From the NCBI GenBank assembly GCA_049304095.1, contig JBAQNU010000010.1:19311-83310 (forward strand): a stretch of 64,000 bases of DNA, in the 5' to 3' direction. This stretch comes from Candidatus Moraniibacteriota bacterium (GTDB taxonomy: Bacteria; Patescibacteriota; Minisyncoccia; Moranbacterales; UBA2206). The position numbers and the translations under genes were made by a program. Shown in pieces: positions 63,552-64,000 of this stretch. Under the pieces are notes generated by a model. The model worked only from the letters and a program-made list of their open reading frames with translations. It did not search any database and was not told the origin of the DNA. How positions within the stretch are numbered: the first letter of the stretch is position 1; every line of letters begins with the position of its first letter.

Positions 63552-63578
63552 AAAAAAATCCATCCAGTGGATTTTTTT
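63552..63578. terminator. bidirectional-type terminator hairpin flanked by A-run and T-run (AAAAAAATCCA-TCCAG-TGGATTTTTTT)
   Basis: Read from sequence, immediately after R2 copy b. Confidence 0.5.
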
Positions 63579-63641
63579 TCGTTTTGTGGTGTATAATATT
63601 ATAATAAAAATATGATCTAAAAAATGTAAAAAGAATTTTTT

Positions 63642-64000
63642 ATGCTAGTTTTTATTGATGACTCAGGTTGCGCCGGGTTTAAATTCGATAAAGGATCGAG
63701 CCGATTTTTTATTATCAGTGCAGTTATTTTTGATGATAATTTAGATGCGGAAAAAACAGCTATTTCAATAAAAGAATTAAGAAGAGAGCTATTTGGACGG
63801 GATGATGTCGAATTTAAATTTCACAAATCAAAAGATGAAAAAAGGGTAAAGTTTCTAGAATGCATCAAGAAACATAAGTTTAGGATAAGATGTGTAGTCG
63901 TGGACAAAAATCTGCTTTATAGCCCGGAACTAAAAAGCAATAAAAATTCTTTTTATAGCTATATAATCAAGATGATGCTCAAACATAGCAATGAAACTAT
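63642..64000 (+). CDS. DUF3800-family protein, 3' end beyond window
   Basis: MLVFIDDSGCAGFKFDKGSSRFFIISAVIF carries the FIDDSG hallmark of DUF3800. Open frame to the window end. Confidence 0.6.
   Translation, partial: MLVFIDDSGCAGFKFDKGSSRFFIISAVIFDDNLDAEKTAISIKELRRELFGRDDVEFKFHKSKDEKRVKFLECIKKHKFRIRCVVVDKNLLYSPELKSNKNSFYSYIIKMMLKHSNET

Overview
This is an AT-rich (about 40% GC) bacterial chromosomal segment. Its gene content resembles a small-genome fermentative Patescibacteria/CPR-like organism; this is an inference from content, since I have no database access. The genes are almost all on the + strand.

Gene content, in order:
- A nucleotide-excision-repair super-locus: lexA, uvrA, then two antisense genes (a Bud32/RIO-like mini-kinase and a small partner), a short uvrC, a 320-nt GC-rich structured element, a DUF45 hydrolase, and a second full-length uvrA paralog.
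- A block of three hypothetical proteins.
- A CIRCE-controlled groEL with no groES between the operator and the gene.
- A glycolytic/fermentative cluster: pgk, a cupin protein, eno, gpmI, a PfkB sugar kinase and an ADP-forming acetyl-CoA synthetase.
- A pseudo-receiver/zinc-ribbon protein translationally coupled to recJ, then rnhA.
- A MacAB-type efflux/lipoprotein-release-like ABC system: a HlyD adaptor, an ATPase and two FtsX-type permeases.
- Two membrane-anchored DsbA-like oxidoreductases.
- An anaerobic ribonucleotide reductase operon: nrdR, nrdD, a free-standing copy of the NrdD glycyl-radical/zinc-ribbon C-terminus, and nrdG.
- ApbE plus a heme-b-type membrane protein.
- A split ComEC: an N-terminal channel gene and a separate secreted MBL-domain gene, separated by five hypothetical genes.
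- The start of a dcw cluster: mraZ, rsmH, ftsL-like, ftsI and murF.

The 3' 9 kb is accessory:
- A tRNA-Lys(UUU) locus has a GIY-YIG nuclease gene and two partial tRNA copies that carry a palindromic hairpin in place of one strand of the anticodon stem.
- Downstream are two tandem cassettes bounded by nested about 70-80 nt direct repeats that share the tRNA 3'-terminal GCACCA core.
- Cassette 1 carries a KilA-N gene disrupted by an ISL3 IS with an 8-bp TSD, and a 1169-aa beta-helix/LysM surface protein.
- Cassette 2 carries a PD-(D/E)xK-like protein and a DUF4116 protein.
- A partial DUF3800 gene runs off the window end.

No CRISPR array or rRNA was found. Several ORF-track starts use TTG/GTG codons and were moved to downstream ATGs where the N-terminus looked spurious.
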